From assembly GCF_032444005.1 (NCBI RefSeq), contig NC_091283.1:30752001-30816000 (forward strand): 64,000 bases of DNA. Direction: 5' to 3'. Within the stretch, counting starts at the first letter, position 1. Every line of letters begins with the position of its first letter. A model generated the notes under the pieces. That model saw only the letters and a list, made by a program, of their open reading frames with translations. It made no database searches and was not told the origin of the DNA. The stretch comes from Ranitomeya imitator (lineage: Eukaryota). This document shows positions 49,270-64,000 of this stretch, piece after piece. A program made the position numbers and the translations under genes.

Positions 49270-49985
49270 GGCTCAAATCTCCAAAATAGCAGGTCTTGTG
49301 TGGTGTTCCTGGGATACGGCTGATCTTGTGTGGTGTTCCCGGTATATGGCAGGTCTTGTGGGATGTTCTCTGTATATGGCAGGTCTTGTGGGATGTTCTC
49401 TGTATATGGCAGGTCTTGTGGGATGTTCTCTGTATACGGCAGGTCTTGTGGGATGTTCTCTGTATACGGCAGGCCTTGTGGGATGTTCTCTGTATACGGC
49501 AGGCCTTGTGGGGTATTCCTAGTATATGACAGGTCTTCTTGGGTGTTCTCTGTATACGGCAGGCCTTGTGGGGTATTCCTAGTATATGACAGGTCTTCTT
49601 GGGTGTTCTCTGTATACGGCAGGTCTTGTGGGGTGTTCCCGGTATACGGCAGGTCTTGTGGGGTGTTCCTGGGATACGGCTGATCTTGTGGGGTGTTCCC
49701 GGTATACGACAGGTCTTGTGGGGTGTTCCCGGTATATGGCAGGTCTTATGGGGTGTTCTCTGTATACGGCAGGCCTTGTGGGGTATTCCTAGTATATGAC
49801 AGGTCTTCTTGGGTGTTCTCTGTATACGGCAGATCTTGTGGGGTGTTGCCGGGATATGGCAGGTCTTGTTCCTGGGATACGACGGGTCTTTTGGGGTGTT
49901 CCCAGTTTACAGAAGGTCTTGTGGGCTGTTCCCAGGATACTGCGGGTCTTGTGGGGTGTTCCCGGGATATGACGGGTCTTGTGGG
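49270..49985. repeat. 30-bp minisatellite GGCAGGTCTTGTGGGATGTTCTCTGTATA(C/T)
   Basis: Tandem copies directly visible. Confidence 0.92.
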
Positions 49986-49999
49986 GTACCTCTGATATA

Positions 50000-50333
50000 C
50001 AGCTCTGGCAAAAATTAAGAGACCACCACATCAAAACCCTGTCATGGGCAGCCCAATCTCCAGACCTGAACCACATTGAAAACCTCTGGATGTATCAAGA
50101 GGATGATGGATAGTCACAAGCCATCTAACAAAGTAGAACTGCTTACATTTTTGCACCAGAAGCAGTATGGAAGACTGATGGAAAGCATGTCAAGATGCAT
50201 GAAAGCTGTGATTAAAAATCATGGTTATTCCACAAAATATTGATTTCTGAACTCTTCCTGAGTTAAAACATTAGAGGAAAAAATCTGAGAAACTGAACAT
50301 TTTGCAGTGGTCTCTTAATTTTAGCCAGAGCTG
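50000..50333 (+). mobile_element. 334-bp Tc1 deletion derivative
   Basis: TA|CAGCTCTGGC(A/T)AAAATTAAGAGACCAC TIRs; internal AQSPDLNHIENLW remnant. Confidence 0.85.
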
Positions 50334-50904
50334 TATATCCCGTTAGGCAGGGCTTAGAGTACCTACCATGTGTCGTCCGAGGAAGGAGAACCAGTGAGCA
50401 GTGTCAGGGTCATCGGTGTAGAAGGATCACTGATCTGTGAGGGGAAGGAAGACTAGCCGGTCTGCTCCGACCCCTCCGAAGAGCAACTGTAGTATAAAAT
50501 ACTGAGCTATTAATGGCTGTGATGGGAAAGTGTGAGAACATGCAGAGCATCACAGCTGTGATATTAGAAGGGAACAGTCGGACCCCCGGTGGTTGATCAC
50601 TTGCTGTTTGTTTTCACAGTTGGTTTCTTAGCTGTACGCACACTCACAACTCTCCACCATCATATTTCCTTGTAGACGTCTTAAGCCGCAGTTCAGACTG
50701 GAATTTCCTCCAGCAGCAAATTTGAGATTCCAGATTTAAAAATTAAATTATTCTTGAATAAAAGTGTTTCTTTTTTCCTTATAATTCCCTATAAGTGACG
50801 AAATCACCGGTCTTGTCCTGTCTCCAGGTTCCCGCACTGTAAGATTTCTGTGTTCACCTTTCCTCTACTCCATAATTGTCCGACTACTGACCGACCACTG
50901 AAGG

Positions 50905-53900
50905 ATGGACACGAGTCCCAAGAGTCCCAACAAGACTGTGCAGATCCTAGACCTGACCCTGGAGATCATCTACCTGCTGACCGGAGAGGTGAGGACCCGT
51001 GAGTCCTAACAATGGAGGCCGCATGATCAGAAATCTTTCAAACTTTCAGAAATGTATATAGTAGAGTTGAGCAGAAACATTGTTCTTCCCCGGTTCTGCG
51101 TCCAGTGCAGCCCTCCGAGGCGGACAGACCTGTGTTGTGTTCTCTCCTGGCATTGACTAGGCCCCGCGATGTCACGATGTGGCGGTGCTAGTAAATGCCC
51201 AGGACGCCGTCTGAGAAGGGAACACTGCCTTGGACTGGACACCGGATGAGATCAGCACCTGCTCATCTCTAGTATTTTCGTCTCAGCTGCAGTTTCATAC
51301 ATCCACCATTTGGGGCGCTATATTATGACCTTTACTAGGCTGAATTATAGTTATTCGGGACAAGTAATATATACAAATTTTCATATGCAAATTGGTAACT
51401 TATTTTCATAAATTATCAACCTAAAAGGGGTTGTGCTGTAAATTGGATGGGATTCGGCCATTCAAGTCTATTAATGCAAGAGAAAAATCGGTTGCCATAC
51501 AGAGCCACAATCTAGCGATCAATTCTTACGGATACATTGCAGTTCTGTAACATAGGGAACTGTAAATGATCTTGTAGGAGATTAATAGCTGCTGCTGTAA
51601 AAATACAGTTTGTACACGGATGACAAGTGAGAAAATAAATCGTCACACTTTTCTGGATGAAGAAAGTTAGAGGCACTCACCAGTGTCCATACCCAGTGTC
51701 TATAAAAAGATTGTTTGTTTGTTTTTTAAATTTCAAATCTTCCTTGAAACCATCTCTGTGGCAGAGGGAGCGGAGTGAGAGCGGCAGAGGGAGCGGAGAG
51801 AGAGCGGCAGAGGGAGTAGAGAGAGCGGCAGAGGGAGCATGGTGAGAGAGCGGCAGAGGGAGCGGAGAGAGAGCGGCAGAGGGAGCGGAGAGAGAGCGGC
51901 AGAGGGAGCGGAGTGAGAGCGGCAGAGGGAGCGGAGTGAGAGTGGCAGAGGGAGCGGAGTGAGAGTGGCAGAGGGAGCATGGTGAGAGTGGCAGAGGGAG
52001 CGGAGTGAGAGTGGCAGAGGGAGCATGGTGAGAGTGGCAGAGGGAGCATGGTGAGAGTGGCAGAGGGAGCGGAGTGAGAGCGCAGAGGGAGCATGGTGAG
52101 AGTGGCAGAGGGAGCTGAGAGAGAGTGGCAGAGGGAGCATGGTGAGAGTGGCAGAGGGAGCATGGTGAGAGTGGCAGAGGGAGCATGGTGAGAGTGGCAG
52201 AGGGAGCATGGTGAGAGCGGCAGAGGGAGCATGGTGAGAGTGGCAGAGGGAGCGGAGTGAGAGCGCAGAGGGAGCGGAGTGAGCGGCAGAGGGAGCGGAG
52301 TGAGAGTGGCAGAGAGAGCAGAGAGAGCGGCAGAGGGAGCATGGTGAGAGTGGCAGAGGGAGCGGAGAGAGAGCAGCAGAGGGAGCATGGTGAGAGTGGC
52401 AGAGGGAGCATGGTGAGTGGCAGAGGGAGCATGGTGAGAGCGGCAGAGGGAGCATGGTGAGAGTGGCAGAGGGAGCATGGTGAGAGTGGCAGAGGGAGCG
52501 GAGAGAGAGCGGCAGAGGGAGCATGGTGAGAGCGGCAGAGGGAGCATGGTGAGAGCGGCAGAGGGAGCATGGTGAGAGTGGCAGAGGGAGCGGAGAGAGA
52601 GCGGCAGAGGGAGCATGGTGAGAGTGGCAGAGGGAGCGGAGTGAGAGTGGCAGAGGGAGCGGAGTGAGAGTGGCAGAGGGAGCATGGTGAGAGTGGCAGA
52701 GGGAGCATGGTGAGAGTGGCAGAGGGAGCATGGTGAGAGTGGCAGAGGGAGCGGAGTGAGAGTGGCAGAGGGAGCGGAGTGAGAGTGGCAGAGGGAGCAT
52801 GGTGAGAGTGGCAGAGGGAGCGGAGTGAGAGTGGCAGAGGGAGCGGAGTGAGAGTGGCAGAGGGAGCATGGTGAGAGTGGCAGAGGGAGCATGGTGAGAG
52901 TGGCAGAGGGAGCATGGTGAGAGTGGCAGAGGGAGCATGGTGAGAGTGGCAGAGGGAGCGGAGTGAGAGTGGCAGAGGGAGCGGAGTGAGAGTGGCAGAG
53001 GGAGCATGGTGAGAGTGGCAGAGGGAGCGGAGTGAGAGCGCAGAGGGAGCGGAGTGAGCGGCAGAGGGAGCGGAGTGAGAGTGGCAGAGAGAGCAGAGAG
53101 AGCGGCAGAGGGAGCATGGTGAGAGTGGCAGAGGGAGCGGAGAGAGAGCAGCAGAGGGAGCATGGCGAGAGTGGCAGAGGGAGCATGGTGAGAGTGGCAG
53201 AGGGAGCATGGTGAGTGGCAGAGGGAGCATGGTGAGAGCGGCAGAGGGAGCATGGTGAGAGTGGCAGAGGGAGCATGGTGAGAGTGGCAGAGGGAGCATG
53301 GTGAGAGTGGCAGAGGGAGCATGGTGAGAGTGGCAGAGGGAGCGGAGTGAGAGTGGCAGAGGGAGCGGAGTGAGAGTGGCAGAGGGAGCGGAGTGAGAGT
53401 GGCAGAGGGAGCGGAGTGAGAGTGGCAGAGGGAGCATGGTGAGAGTGGCAGAGGGAGCATGGTGAGAGTGGCAGAGGGAGCATGGTGAGAGTGGCAGAGG
53501 GAGCATGGTGAGAGTGGCAGAGGGAGCATGGTGAGAGTGGCAGAGGGAGCGGAGTGAGAGTGGCAGAGGGAGCATGGTGAGAGTGGCAGAGGGAGCGGAG
53601 TGGGAGTGGCAGAGGGAGCGGAGTGAGAGTGGCAGAGGGAGCATGGTGAGAGTGGCAGAGGGAGCATGGTGAGAGTGGCAGAGGGAGCATGGTGAGAGTG
53701 GCAGAGGGAGCATGGTGAGAGTGGCAGAGGGAGCGGAGTGAGAGTGGCAGAGGGAGCGGAGTGAGATTGGCAGAGGGAGCGGAGTGAGATTGGCAGAGGG
53801 AGCATGGTGAGAGTGGCAGAGGGAGCATGGTGAGAGTGGCAGAGGGAGCATGGTGAGAGTGGCAGAGGGAGCATGGTGAGAGTGGCAGAGGGAGCGGAGT

Positions 53901-56900
53901 GAGAGTGGCAGAGGGAGCGGAGTGAGAGTGGCAGAGGGAGCGGAGTGAGAGTGGCAGAGGGAGCGGAGTGAGAGTGGCAGAGGGAGCGGAGTGAGAGTGG
54001 CAGAGGGAGCATGGTGAGAGTGGCAGAGGGAGCATGGTGAGAGTGGCAGAGGGAGCATGGTGAGAGTGGCAGAGGGAGCATGGTGAGAGTGGCAGAGGGA
54101 GCATGGTGAGAGTGGCAGAGGGAGCATGGTGAGAGTGGCAGAGGGAGCATGGTGAGAGTGGCAGAGGGAGCATGGTGAGAGTGGCAGAGGGAGCATGGTG
54201 AGAGTGGCAGAGGGAGCGGAGTGAGAGCGCAGAGGGAGCATGGTGAGAGCGGCAGAGGGAGTGGAGTGAGAGCGGCAGAGGGAGTGGAGTGAGAGCGGCA
54301 GAGGGAGCATGGTGAGAGTGGCAGAGGGAGCATGGTGAGAGTGGCAGAGGGAGCATGGTGAGAGTGGCAGAGGGAGCATGGTGAGAGTGGCAGAGGGAGC
54401 ATGGTGAGAGTGGCAGAGGGAGCGGAGTGAGAGCGCAGAGGGAGCATGGTGAGAGCGGCAGAGGGAGTGGAGTGAGAGCGGCAGAGGGAGCGGAGTGAGA
54501 GCGGCAGAGGGAGCATGGTGAGAGCGGCAGAGGGAGCATGGTGAGAGCGGCAGAGGGAGTGGAGTGAGAGCGGCAGAGGGAGCATGGTGAGAGCGGCAGA
54601 GGGAGCATGGTGAGAGTGGCAGAGGGAGCGGAGAGAGAGCGCAGAGGGAGCATGGTGAGAGTGGCAGAGGGAGCATGGTGAGAGTGGCAGAGGGAGCGGA
54701 GTGAGTGGTAGAGGAAGCGGAGTGAGAGTGGCAGAGGGAGCGGAGTGAGAGTGGCAGAGGGAGCATGGTGAGAGTGGCAGAGGGAGCATGGTGAGAGTGG
54801 CAGAGGGAGCGGAGAGAGAGCGGCAGAGGGAGCATGGTGAGAGCGGCAGAGGGAGCATGGTGAGAGTGGCAGAGGGAGCATGGTGAGAGTGGCAGAGGGA
54901 GCATGGTGAGAGTGGCAGAGGGAGCATGGTGAGAGTGGCAGAGGGAGCATGGTGAGAGTGGCAGAGGGAGCGGAGTGAGAGCGCAGAGGGAGCATGGTGA
55001 GAGCGGCAGAGGGAGCGGAGTGAGAGCGGCAGAGGGAGTGGAGTGAGAGCGGCAGAGGGAGCATGGTGAGAGCGGCAGAGGGAGCATGGTGAGAGCGGCA
55101 GAGGGAGCATGGTGAGAGCGGCAGAGGGAGCATGGTGAGAGTGGCAGAGGGAGCATGGTGAGAGTGGCAGAGGGAGCGGAGTGAGAGCGGCAGAGGGAGT
55201 GGAGTGAGAGCGGCAGAGGGAGTGGAGTGAGAGCGGCAGAGGGAGTGGAGTGAGAGCGGCAGAGGGAGCATGGTGAGAGTGGCAGAGGGAGCGGAGAGAG
55301 AGCGCAGAGGGAGCATGGTGAGAGTGGCAGAGGGAGCGGAGTGAGAGCGGCAGAGGGAGCGGAGTGAGAGTGGCAGAGGGAGCGGAGAGAACGGCAGAGG
55401 GAGCATGGTGAGAGTGGCAGAGGGAGCAGAGTGAGAGCGGCAGAGGGAGCGGAGTGAGAGTGGCAGAGGGAGCGGAGAGAGCGGCAGAGGGAGCGGAGTG
55501 AGAGCGGCAGAGGAAGCTGGGCGAGAGCAGCAGAGGAAGCGGAGAGAGAGCGGCAGAGGAAGCTGGGCGAGAGCAGCAGAGGAAGCTGGGCAAGAGCGGC
55601 AGAGGGAGTGGAGAGAGATCGGCAGAGGGAGCATGGTGAGAGCGGCAGGTGCAGCAGAGCAGACGCAGGCCATTTTGTGCTGGACTGCGCTTCAACGGGT
55701 CTCCTCGCTCCCTCTGCCACAGAGATGGTTTGAAAGAAGATTTTAAAGTAAAAAAAACAACTTTTTTTGGACATTTGTGAGTGTCGCTAACTTTTTTCGT
55801 CACTGGACACAGTACACAAGCAGGGATTGTCTAAGAAACCGGCAATGTGTATGCGTTGTGGCTGTCGCCGTGAGACGTGCAGGCACGGAGACTCAAACAT
55901 ATTATTCGAGCACACCGAAGTCACTTGGTTAGCACCCGAGCATGCTCAGATAACACCTTATCCCAGCACGTTTGTTCATCACTAGTAACTTCACATCTAA
56001 AAAAAAAATTGTATTTTTGTGGGGCTGCAGTCAAGTGTGAATAGAATAGTGAGGATGTTGTAGTTTAGTCGTTGGTGGAAGATTTAAGGCAGACTGAAGG
56101 CTCCCATACACATTAGACTAAAGTCCTCAGTGAGATCATCAGACAGCATTGTGTTGGGGCCTCCCGACTGTCGGGGAAGAGAAGGCTTGGGCCAGTTGAA
56201 TTTCAGCGGCCGATCCTTTTGTTCTCCGAGAGGTAAACCACCGCTAGAGGAGTGTGACAGCGGACCTCTCATAGAGAACACAGGCGCGATCGGCTGAATC
56301 TAGCGTTCCTGTGTATGTGGGAGACAGGTGAGATGGCAGATATCTAATGTGTATGGAGGCCTTAAGGACTTGGCCGAGCGTTCCCATGTCACTTATAAGA
56401 CAGCCCCTGTGGCTTGTCACGGCCAGATCCTTTTCTGTCGCTAGGCCCCAATACACATTAGATGGTCGGCCAATCCCAGATAACTTTTATCTAATAGGAA
56501 GGTTTCAATCTACCCTGCCGCAGAGAGAAAACATCATCGATGTTGGCAAATCATCATATCTGCATGAATTCAGACTCATTATGGTAAAGTTCTCCTGGAA
56601 ACTGAGAGAATGTTCATCTCTATGGATGGAGTCAGGGCCAGAGATGATGAGAGTCATGTTCATCTGTGCGTTTCCGTATACACAGGATTATATAATAGTG
56701 AAGAAGTCCGATAAGTGTGAGACATCCAGCTCCGATCACTCAGCATCAAGACAATGGAGCAAGATCAGAAGCGCCATCATGGGTCATGCGCCGATACATG
56801 AGAAGAGCAAGGAGCAGAAGATCATAGAGATCACCAATAAGATCCTGCAGATGTTGACTGAAGAGGTGAGCGCTGGCGGGAACGCGGGGACATAATGCAG

Positions 56901-58843
56901 TAACATTTAGGGCTGATGACTGTATCATCGTGTGTTAGGACGTCGCTGCCCATCGCGCCATGGAGGAGTGGGAGGATATGAAAGGACACAAGGACCAGGG
57001 CAAGGATGTCATGATGGAGGTTCCTCGGCCCCTCACGCCACCGGGTAAGAGGAGATTGTCCAGGAGAAAGCAGTTCTGTGGCTCAGGTAGACTCACAATC
57101 TGTATTTAGTAACTTCGCTTCTTCTTACAGAAGCATCGGGTAATATTCCCTCACCAGAGAGTTGTCCCCGTCCTCTTAACCCTCAGGAAGGTCCAGAAAA
57201 AAATCCCAAAGTCTCCCAGGATCAACAGGTAGAAATATGGCCACGAGCAGACATCGCTCCGTTCTACTGTACTTCATTTAATGCATTTTTGTTTTAGACC
57301 GACAGCCTGATTATTGTGAAAGTGGAAGATACGGAGGGAGACGAGGAGTATTACGGAAGTGACGACCTGAAGAGGGAAGAGGAAACCCCGACTAATGTCA
57401 GCGCAGGTGAGTAATAACTGAGAGAAAAGCCACATTGTCGCCATCTTCTTCTACACCTGCTCTATCGGCACTACCAAAAAAAGGTTAAAAAACCTGTAAA
57501 ATTGGAATCACTCTTTTCACCTTTTAAAAATATTCAGTTTGTTTGTGAGAAGCGTTTGTAAACTTCCGACACACCGAAACCAAAATTATCTAACTCGTAC
57601 GATAAAAGTCGTAACGCAAAAAAACAAATGATTGAAATCCGGAATTCACGTTTTTTTGGTCGCTGCATCTCCGCAAAAAATAAAAACAAAAAGAGATCAC
57701 CGAAATGGTGTAAATCGCAATGCCGCGGTACTTTAAACAAAAAAAAAAAACAACAAGCCTTCAAAATTACGGGTCTGTAAAAGTGGCGAAACAAGGGAAA
57801 TATTTTAATTTTTTTTTTTTTTTTTACAAATTTCAGAATATTTTTTTCATCACTAAAATTAATTTAAAAAAATGGACAAGTTTGGAGTCATGAACGCCGT
57901 AAAAATAAATGGATTTCCCCCCCCCATTTTTCAGCACTACAACATGTCCCACAAAAAAATAAACTTCTAGTACGGCCATGGGAATAGAGAGATAAATAAA
58001 AAGTTATGGCTTTTGGAAGAAAAGGAGGAAGAAAGCAAAAAAAAAAAAAAATGCAAAAATGAAAATTGTCTGTGGCGGGAAGAGGGTTAAGACGTAAGTT
58101 GTGGCCCCTCCACCCCATGCACTTTCTCTGCCGGCCGGACGCTCCTTCCTGACTTGTTGGACCAATGTCTCTTTCTTTTATTCCTAACAGATGCCGCCCC
58201 GAGCCTCGGCTACAGTCCTCATTCTTCAGGTTGTGAAGCGGAGCCTAATGGCACACAAAGTATTAACAAACTGCAAAACATGACCATGAACATCTCCTCC
58301 ATGATCCACAGCGGAGATCCGTTATCCGTCCACAATACCCTCATACAACCTTCATCCGATCCCTCACAGGCTCCACACCTGATTCCAGGAGGTGAGAACC
58401 AGATCAACGATCCCAATAACAAGGGGCCATTTCCCTGCCCGGTATGCGAAAAACTTTTTAACATCAGATCGAACTTATTTCATCACATAAAAATTCACCC
58501 GGTGAAGCCGATCTGCGCCATGTGCGGGAAATGTTTCAAGCGGAAAACGGATCTCATCAGACACCAGAAAACTCACAAAGGGGAGAAGCCGTTGTTGTGT
58601 TCAGAATGCGGGAACCTTTTCACCGTCAAAACAGATCTTTTACCGCTTGTCACAGAGGAGCAACCGTTCCCACGTCCCATATGCGGGAAATGTTTCTTCC
58701 AGAAATCCGATCTTGCTGCACATCAAAATCAGGCGGCTCAAAAAGTGGAGAAGCCGCATAGATGTACGACGTGCGGGAAAGGTTTCATCCACAAAAGAAA
58801 TCTCGTACAACATGAAAAGACCCACACAAAAGAGAAGTCGTAG
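50905..58843 (+). CDS. ZNF gene 3: KRAB-like zinc-finger protein, 409 aa; 3 intact and 2 degenerate fingers. Exons 50905-50988, 56686-56865, 56939-57044, 57131-57228, 57298-57406, 58191-58843
   Basis: GT-AG introns and compatible phases (1230 nt). Exon-by-exon paralogy with gene 2. KRAB exon lacks its first six codons. Confidence 0.82.
51765..55650. repeat. ~3.9-kb purine-rich 23-bp minisatellite GGCAGAGGGAGC(ATGG/GGAG)TGAGAGT in an intron of ZNF gene 3
   Basis: Two interspersed unit variants; source of the 1300-aa LTMLPLPLSP ORFs. Confidence 0.97.
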
Positions 58844-59617
58844 TCCGGTTCCCAAACTATGCGCCGGAGAATTCACGGGGAAAGGAGCAAGTTTCATGTT
58901 TAGAGTCTAGGACTTTTTGTATTATGTCTGAAGAAAGACCATAAAGTTCAAAATGTCTCTTGCTTTCGCGCGGATGGAAGTCGGTCTCTTCAAGCTCCGT
59001 GAGCGCAGCCATTTTTTCCTCTTTTGAACTGTTGGTGCCTAGTGGATTCCTTTGGCATTTCTTGACTTTGTCGCTCTTATCGTTTTGAGAATGCTGTGGA
59101 CACTTTTCTATCTTCTTGTTTTTGTATTAATAAATGAAATGTTGTAAAATAGATGGAAAATGTGGGAAATGTTCTGCTAAAAAAAAAAAAAATCAAATCT
59201 CATTGAAAGTCTAAACTTATTTATCTGTGAATTTAAATGGAACCTGTGGGGGGAGGGGAAATTATTACTGATTAAACTCATTATTAGTGATGGGAGAATC
59301 GATTCGTTGGACTCCGGGCCATCGGCCAGATCAGCAATCTGTGACCACTGCTGGACTTGAGGCCTGCGAATTGCCGCCAGCCTCTCCCTTTAATTACCCG
59401 GGTTGGCGCCACATCACATGTGTATCACACTGCAATGATGACATTGCGCCAGCCCGGCTAATGAAAAGGAGAGATTTGCAGGGCTACCATCAAGCGGTCA
59501 CAGACTACCAACCTGGCAAATGGACTGGAGTCCTGCAGATCTATTTTCTCATCTGTTCTAGTCATACCTGTCTTGTAGTAATACTGCTAAAATCAAGCTA
59601 CAAGTAAAATAACCTCC

Positions 59618-60304
59618 TGTCACGGCACAGTTGCAGGATATCCCAGGACTAAGGGCTCCTTCCCTATCCCTAAAGCTATGGATGCCTTAGCTATCCCTGC
59701 TTCTCATATTACTTTTGATGGTGAAGACTCCAGGGTCCCATGCCTTGTTGAGCTAATGAATCAGCCCTTATCTATCCCCTTCTTTACCCAGGGAAGTGGG
59801 GACTTGTTGTTGTGTATATGAATATACATACCAGACTAACAAGGGAAGACGTACAGGGAAAAATGAAAATGCCAAACTTACAAATATGCACTCACAGAAT
59901 GGAACATCGGGAAGTAAAGGAAGAAAAAAAACAAATAGGAGAGACGCGGATATGCACACAGACATATCACTAAGCAACAGGCTCCTGAACAACACTCGAA
60001 ACACGCTTCCTCTAACAACCAACTCCTACAGTACCAGAATCAGGAGGTATGAAACTAACACTGGCAATCCATTATTGCCAGAGGCGAGTATATATAAGAG
60101 AGAGGAATGGCCAACAATGAACAGCTGAGACCATCAAAGCAGGAAAGCTCCAGAGACTCTAAGCTGAACAGTTTATCCCCTACACTACTAGCAGAAACCT
60201 GTCCTGTTTAATATGATGGTGAAGTGTTTCTAATCAGTGCAGGAGTATGAGAAATCAGACACCATGGTCTTCTGGCTCCTCTCGGTCACAGTAATCCCGT
60301 GACA
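59618..60304. mobile_element. Solo LTR (687 bp)
   Basis: TGTCACGG...CCGTGACA termini with 4-bp TSD CTCC. Confidence 0.82.
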
Positions 60305-61442
60305 CTCCCAAATGTATTGGGGGCACAATCCTGGAGGACCTGTGCCACCTGAATGTGTTACAGGCACCATCTTGTGTTACCAGTAGTGACAAGAACACGA
60401 GAAAAATGTAAAAGTGAAGAAGAATCCGATGGGAAGGAAGAGGAGAAGGGACTTGTCTGTGGTCACCACCTGCACCATCCCTTGTTGGAGAACGTCTTAC
60501 TCTTTACTGGGGAAGCTTTGGCATGCTACAATGAATGTGGCCTCACACTAATGGGGTATTACCCTTACCCTTTCTTAGCCCCCCAAAATGAGTACCTTAA
60601 TGTACGATGTGGACGGCCAGCTTGTAATAAACCCCTGATTTGCGCATCCTCCATGAGTCTGTGACACCTAATCCATCATGCACTTCCTATACCCCAGGAT
60701 GCGGTCTTGCTTCGGAGGTTCGGTGCTGGCACGTTGTACAGAGATGGGGCAGCTGCTATGGACGTGTCCATATAAATCATTCATCTTGTTCTCATACGTG
60801 ATACTGTGCAGAAAATAACGCGACAATATGTGACGAAACTGCAGAGTGTGCACAGACACATTAAGGCATCACTGACCAACACCACAAACAATTGGGCATC
60901 AAAAGGGGGATTTATCAAGTTTAAAATTTCTCTCCCGTCTAAGGGTTATGATGGGATCCCCTATTTGTGGTGTTATAACTTTCCAACCGCTGTGGCCCCC
61001 AGTGTTCCTAGGAACAGGGACGTGAGCGGTGGTTAATTATGTGCACTGCCATATCGTTCACTGAGCAAAGAATAGCTCTGTACTCGGCAGCACGTGTGTG
61101 CTGTTGAGCGATGATTTTTAAGCAAGTTTAAAAATCGTTTCATCCAATGAAAACGTGCTTTGCTCATTTGTTGGCTGATTGGCAGCCTGTTTCGATAGCC
61201 CAAAAAATTGGAAAACAAGTGATCCTAAGAATGCTGGCGAGTGATCACTATCTCCTCGGTATCTCTAACATCTCATAACTGTCTGTCTATGCCTTATCCT
61301 CTGTCTCATACTCTCATATGTGCTGTTCATCAGCCACATTGTCTCCTATGGAATACAAGGATACAAGGGTTTCTCAGCAAATTAGAATATCATCAAAAAG
61401 TTAATTTATTTCAGTTCTTCAATACAAAAAGTGGAACTCCTA

Positions 61443-63403
<1,961 letters not shown>

Positions 63404-64000
63404 TATATTATATAGACTCATTACAGACTATTTCCAGTGTTTATTTCTGTTAATGTTGATAATTATGGCTTACAGCCAATGAAAACCGAAAAGTCATTAT
63501 CTCAGTATAATGCATAGGGAGCATCAATAGTAAAAAGTTGGTCACACTTGCCAAGCACTATGTCTGACAAGTGTGACCAACCTGTTAATCAGTTTTCCAA
63601 GCGATGCTACAGATCGCTTGGAAAACGCTAGCATTCTGCAAGCTAATTACGCTTGTAAAACGCTTGTGCTTGGCGGGAACACGCATGCCAATTCCGTATG
63701 CCTATTTCCCACGGCAGGGAGTTCCGGAAATCTCCACGGCAATTCCGGACGTGTGCACATAGCCTAAAGGTTTTAATCTAAAGAGGGAAACCATGTATCA
63801 CTATTGACTGTTTTCATACACCTGTTGCTTAAGGAATGTATTCATTGATGTAATTGTGTCATGTGACTTGTTCCAACTATTTTGATTGGCATTTTTTTTC
63901 AGTATTTTAGTAAATCCCTTTGTGTAGCCAAGCTGTGATAAAGAATGCAAGTGAGCGTTCGAAACACGTCTTGCTCCGTCTTGTCTATGCAACTGTTGTA

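Noticed and set aside
51677-55803. Three 1300+-aa minus-strand ORFs
   Set aside because: Stop-free translations of a 23-bp minisatellite in all three frames; no domain content.

Overview
Vertebrate genomic DNA, most likely a frog: it has Xenopus oocyte-type (XlCOF/FAX-like) KRAB-C2H2 genes, V-SINEs, L2 LINEs and TTAA-flanked T2-type MITEs. Three paralogous KRAB-like zinc-finger genes lie in tandem on the + strand (12.4-15.4, 21.0-23.9 and 50.9-58.8 kb), and all three splice into open frames. They sit in dense transposon debris (nested Helitrons, L2, RTE, Penelope-like remnants, solo LTRs, Tc1, piggyBac, Harbinger and T2 MITEs) and five to six large minisatellites. The standout is a 13,921-bp element at 29716-43636 that is almost entirely one palindrome: two 6,594-bp inverted arms around a 733-bp unique spacer. 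It has AGTAGT...ACTACT termini and a 6-bp direct target-site duplication (TGCATG), which are Maverick/Polinton hallmarks, but no polB, integrase, ATPase, protease or capsid ORF. Each arm carries a Maverick-type 256-aa ORF, a truncated upstream Maverick small protein coupled to it by TAATG, and a hidden three-exon gene (287 aa) pointing outward from the centre. A 16-bp perfect palindrome marks each arm/spacer junction. Exon models were spliced by hand. Family assignments come from remembered motifs, not database searches.
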